Part shown: positions 63,789-64,000 of the stretch, piece by piece
How the letters are laid out: the number at the start of each line of letters is the position of its first letter
Position numbering within the stretch: the stretch's first letter is position 1
From: a virus
Taxonomy: Duplodnaviria; Caudoviricetes
Virus record (IMG/VR): IMGVR_UViG_3300033073_000489
Coordinates: 1-64,000 of that record
Length of the DNA: 64,000 bases
Strand: one strand, 5' to 3'
Notes under the pieces: generated by a model
Databases searched by the model: none
What the model saw: the letters and a program-made list of their open reading frames with translations, nothing else
Told to the model about the DNA's origin: nothing
Position numbers and translations under genes: made by a program

Positions 63789-63871
63789 TGGTGCCCCAGG
63801 ACGGACTCGAACCGTCACGCTCGCGCACTGGCTTCTAAGACCAGCGTGTCTACCAATTTCACCACCAGGGC
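63789..63871 (-). tRNA. tRNA-Leu(TAG)
   Basis: Type II, anticodon TAG, CCA. Confidence 0.93.
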
Positions 63872-63883
63872 ATAAACTTTCCA

Positions 63884-64000
63884 TTGTTGAATATTCTGCA
63901 CTATTTGCCTATTCTCAACAGCTTTACTCGAGTTTACTGTTTATTGAATAAGTTACATAACGCACGATCTAAGCCTCTGAGCTTACAGAATACTCAACAA
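63884..64000 (-). ncRNA. Structured insert 5' of tRNA-Leu(TAG)
   Basis: 15-bp terminal inverted repeat TTGTTGAGTATTCTG/CAGAATATTCAACAA with internal TAAGC/GCTTA and ACAG/CTGT hairpins. Confidence 0.5.

Noticed and set aside
58391-63871. HDV-like (theta) or hammerhead ribozymes at tRNA 3' ends
   Set aside because: The trailers after CCA are short and AU-rich, and no complete CUGAUGA/GAAA or HDV nested-pseudoknot core was seen.
1-64000. Stop-codon reassignment (alternative genetic code)
   Set aside because: Recognisable genes are full length in code 11, TAA, TAG and TGA all terminate genes, and no suppressor tRNA (CTA/TCA anticodon) was found.

Overview
A 64-kb segment of a large T4-like myovirus genome. 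It uses the standard genetic code, has cUUCGg terminators, and carries both sigma70 (TTGACA-N16/17-TATAAT) and T4-late-type TATAAATA promoters. A freshwater betaproteobacterial host is inferred, not shown. From left to right: (1) a giant virion protein of at least 3196 aa with a baseplate-wedge-type N-terminus, open past the window edge and missed by the ORF track; (2) mostly minus-strand auxiliary and early genes (uvsE, queD, epimerase/radical SAM block, YccA, MazG-like, DNA ligase, clpP, infA, lipoproteins, phosphoesterase); (3) a tRNA-Leu-like RNA whose anticodon loop is replaced by a UUCG tetraloop; (4) an ~18.6-kb late-promoter-driven enzyme cluster at 34.2-52.9 kb with 4 asparagine-synthetase-like PP-loop ATPases, 3 His-box desaturases, 5 HxD..H oxygenases, 1 Rieske protein, 3 GNAT-like proteins, 2 Bug/TctC and 2 signal-less DctP binding proteins; (5) an RNA-repair block (kinase, Rnl1 ligase, phosphatases, DUF2828/TROVE-like vWA protein), preceded by four tandem covarying RNA units, one with YrlA Y-RNA-like permuted-tRNA architecture; (6) a 17-tRNA array interspersed with dCMP deaminase, an RNAP omega homologue, 2OG oxygenases and several structured non-tRNA inserts. 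All family assignments come from motif recognition by eye; no searches or folding were run.
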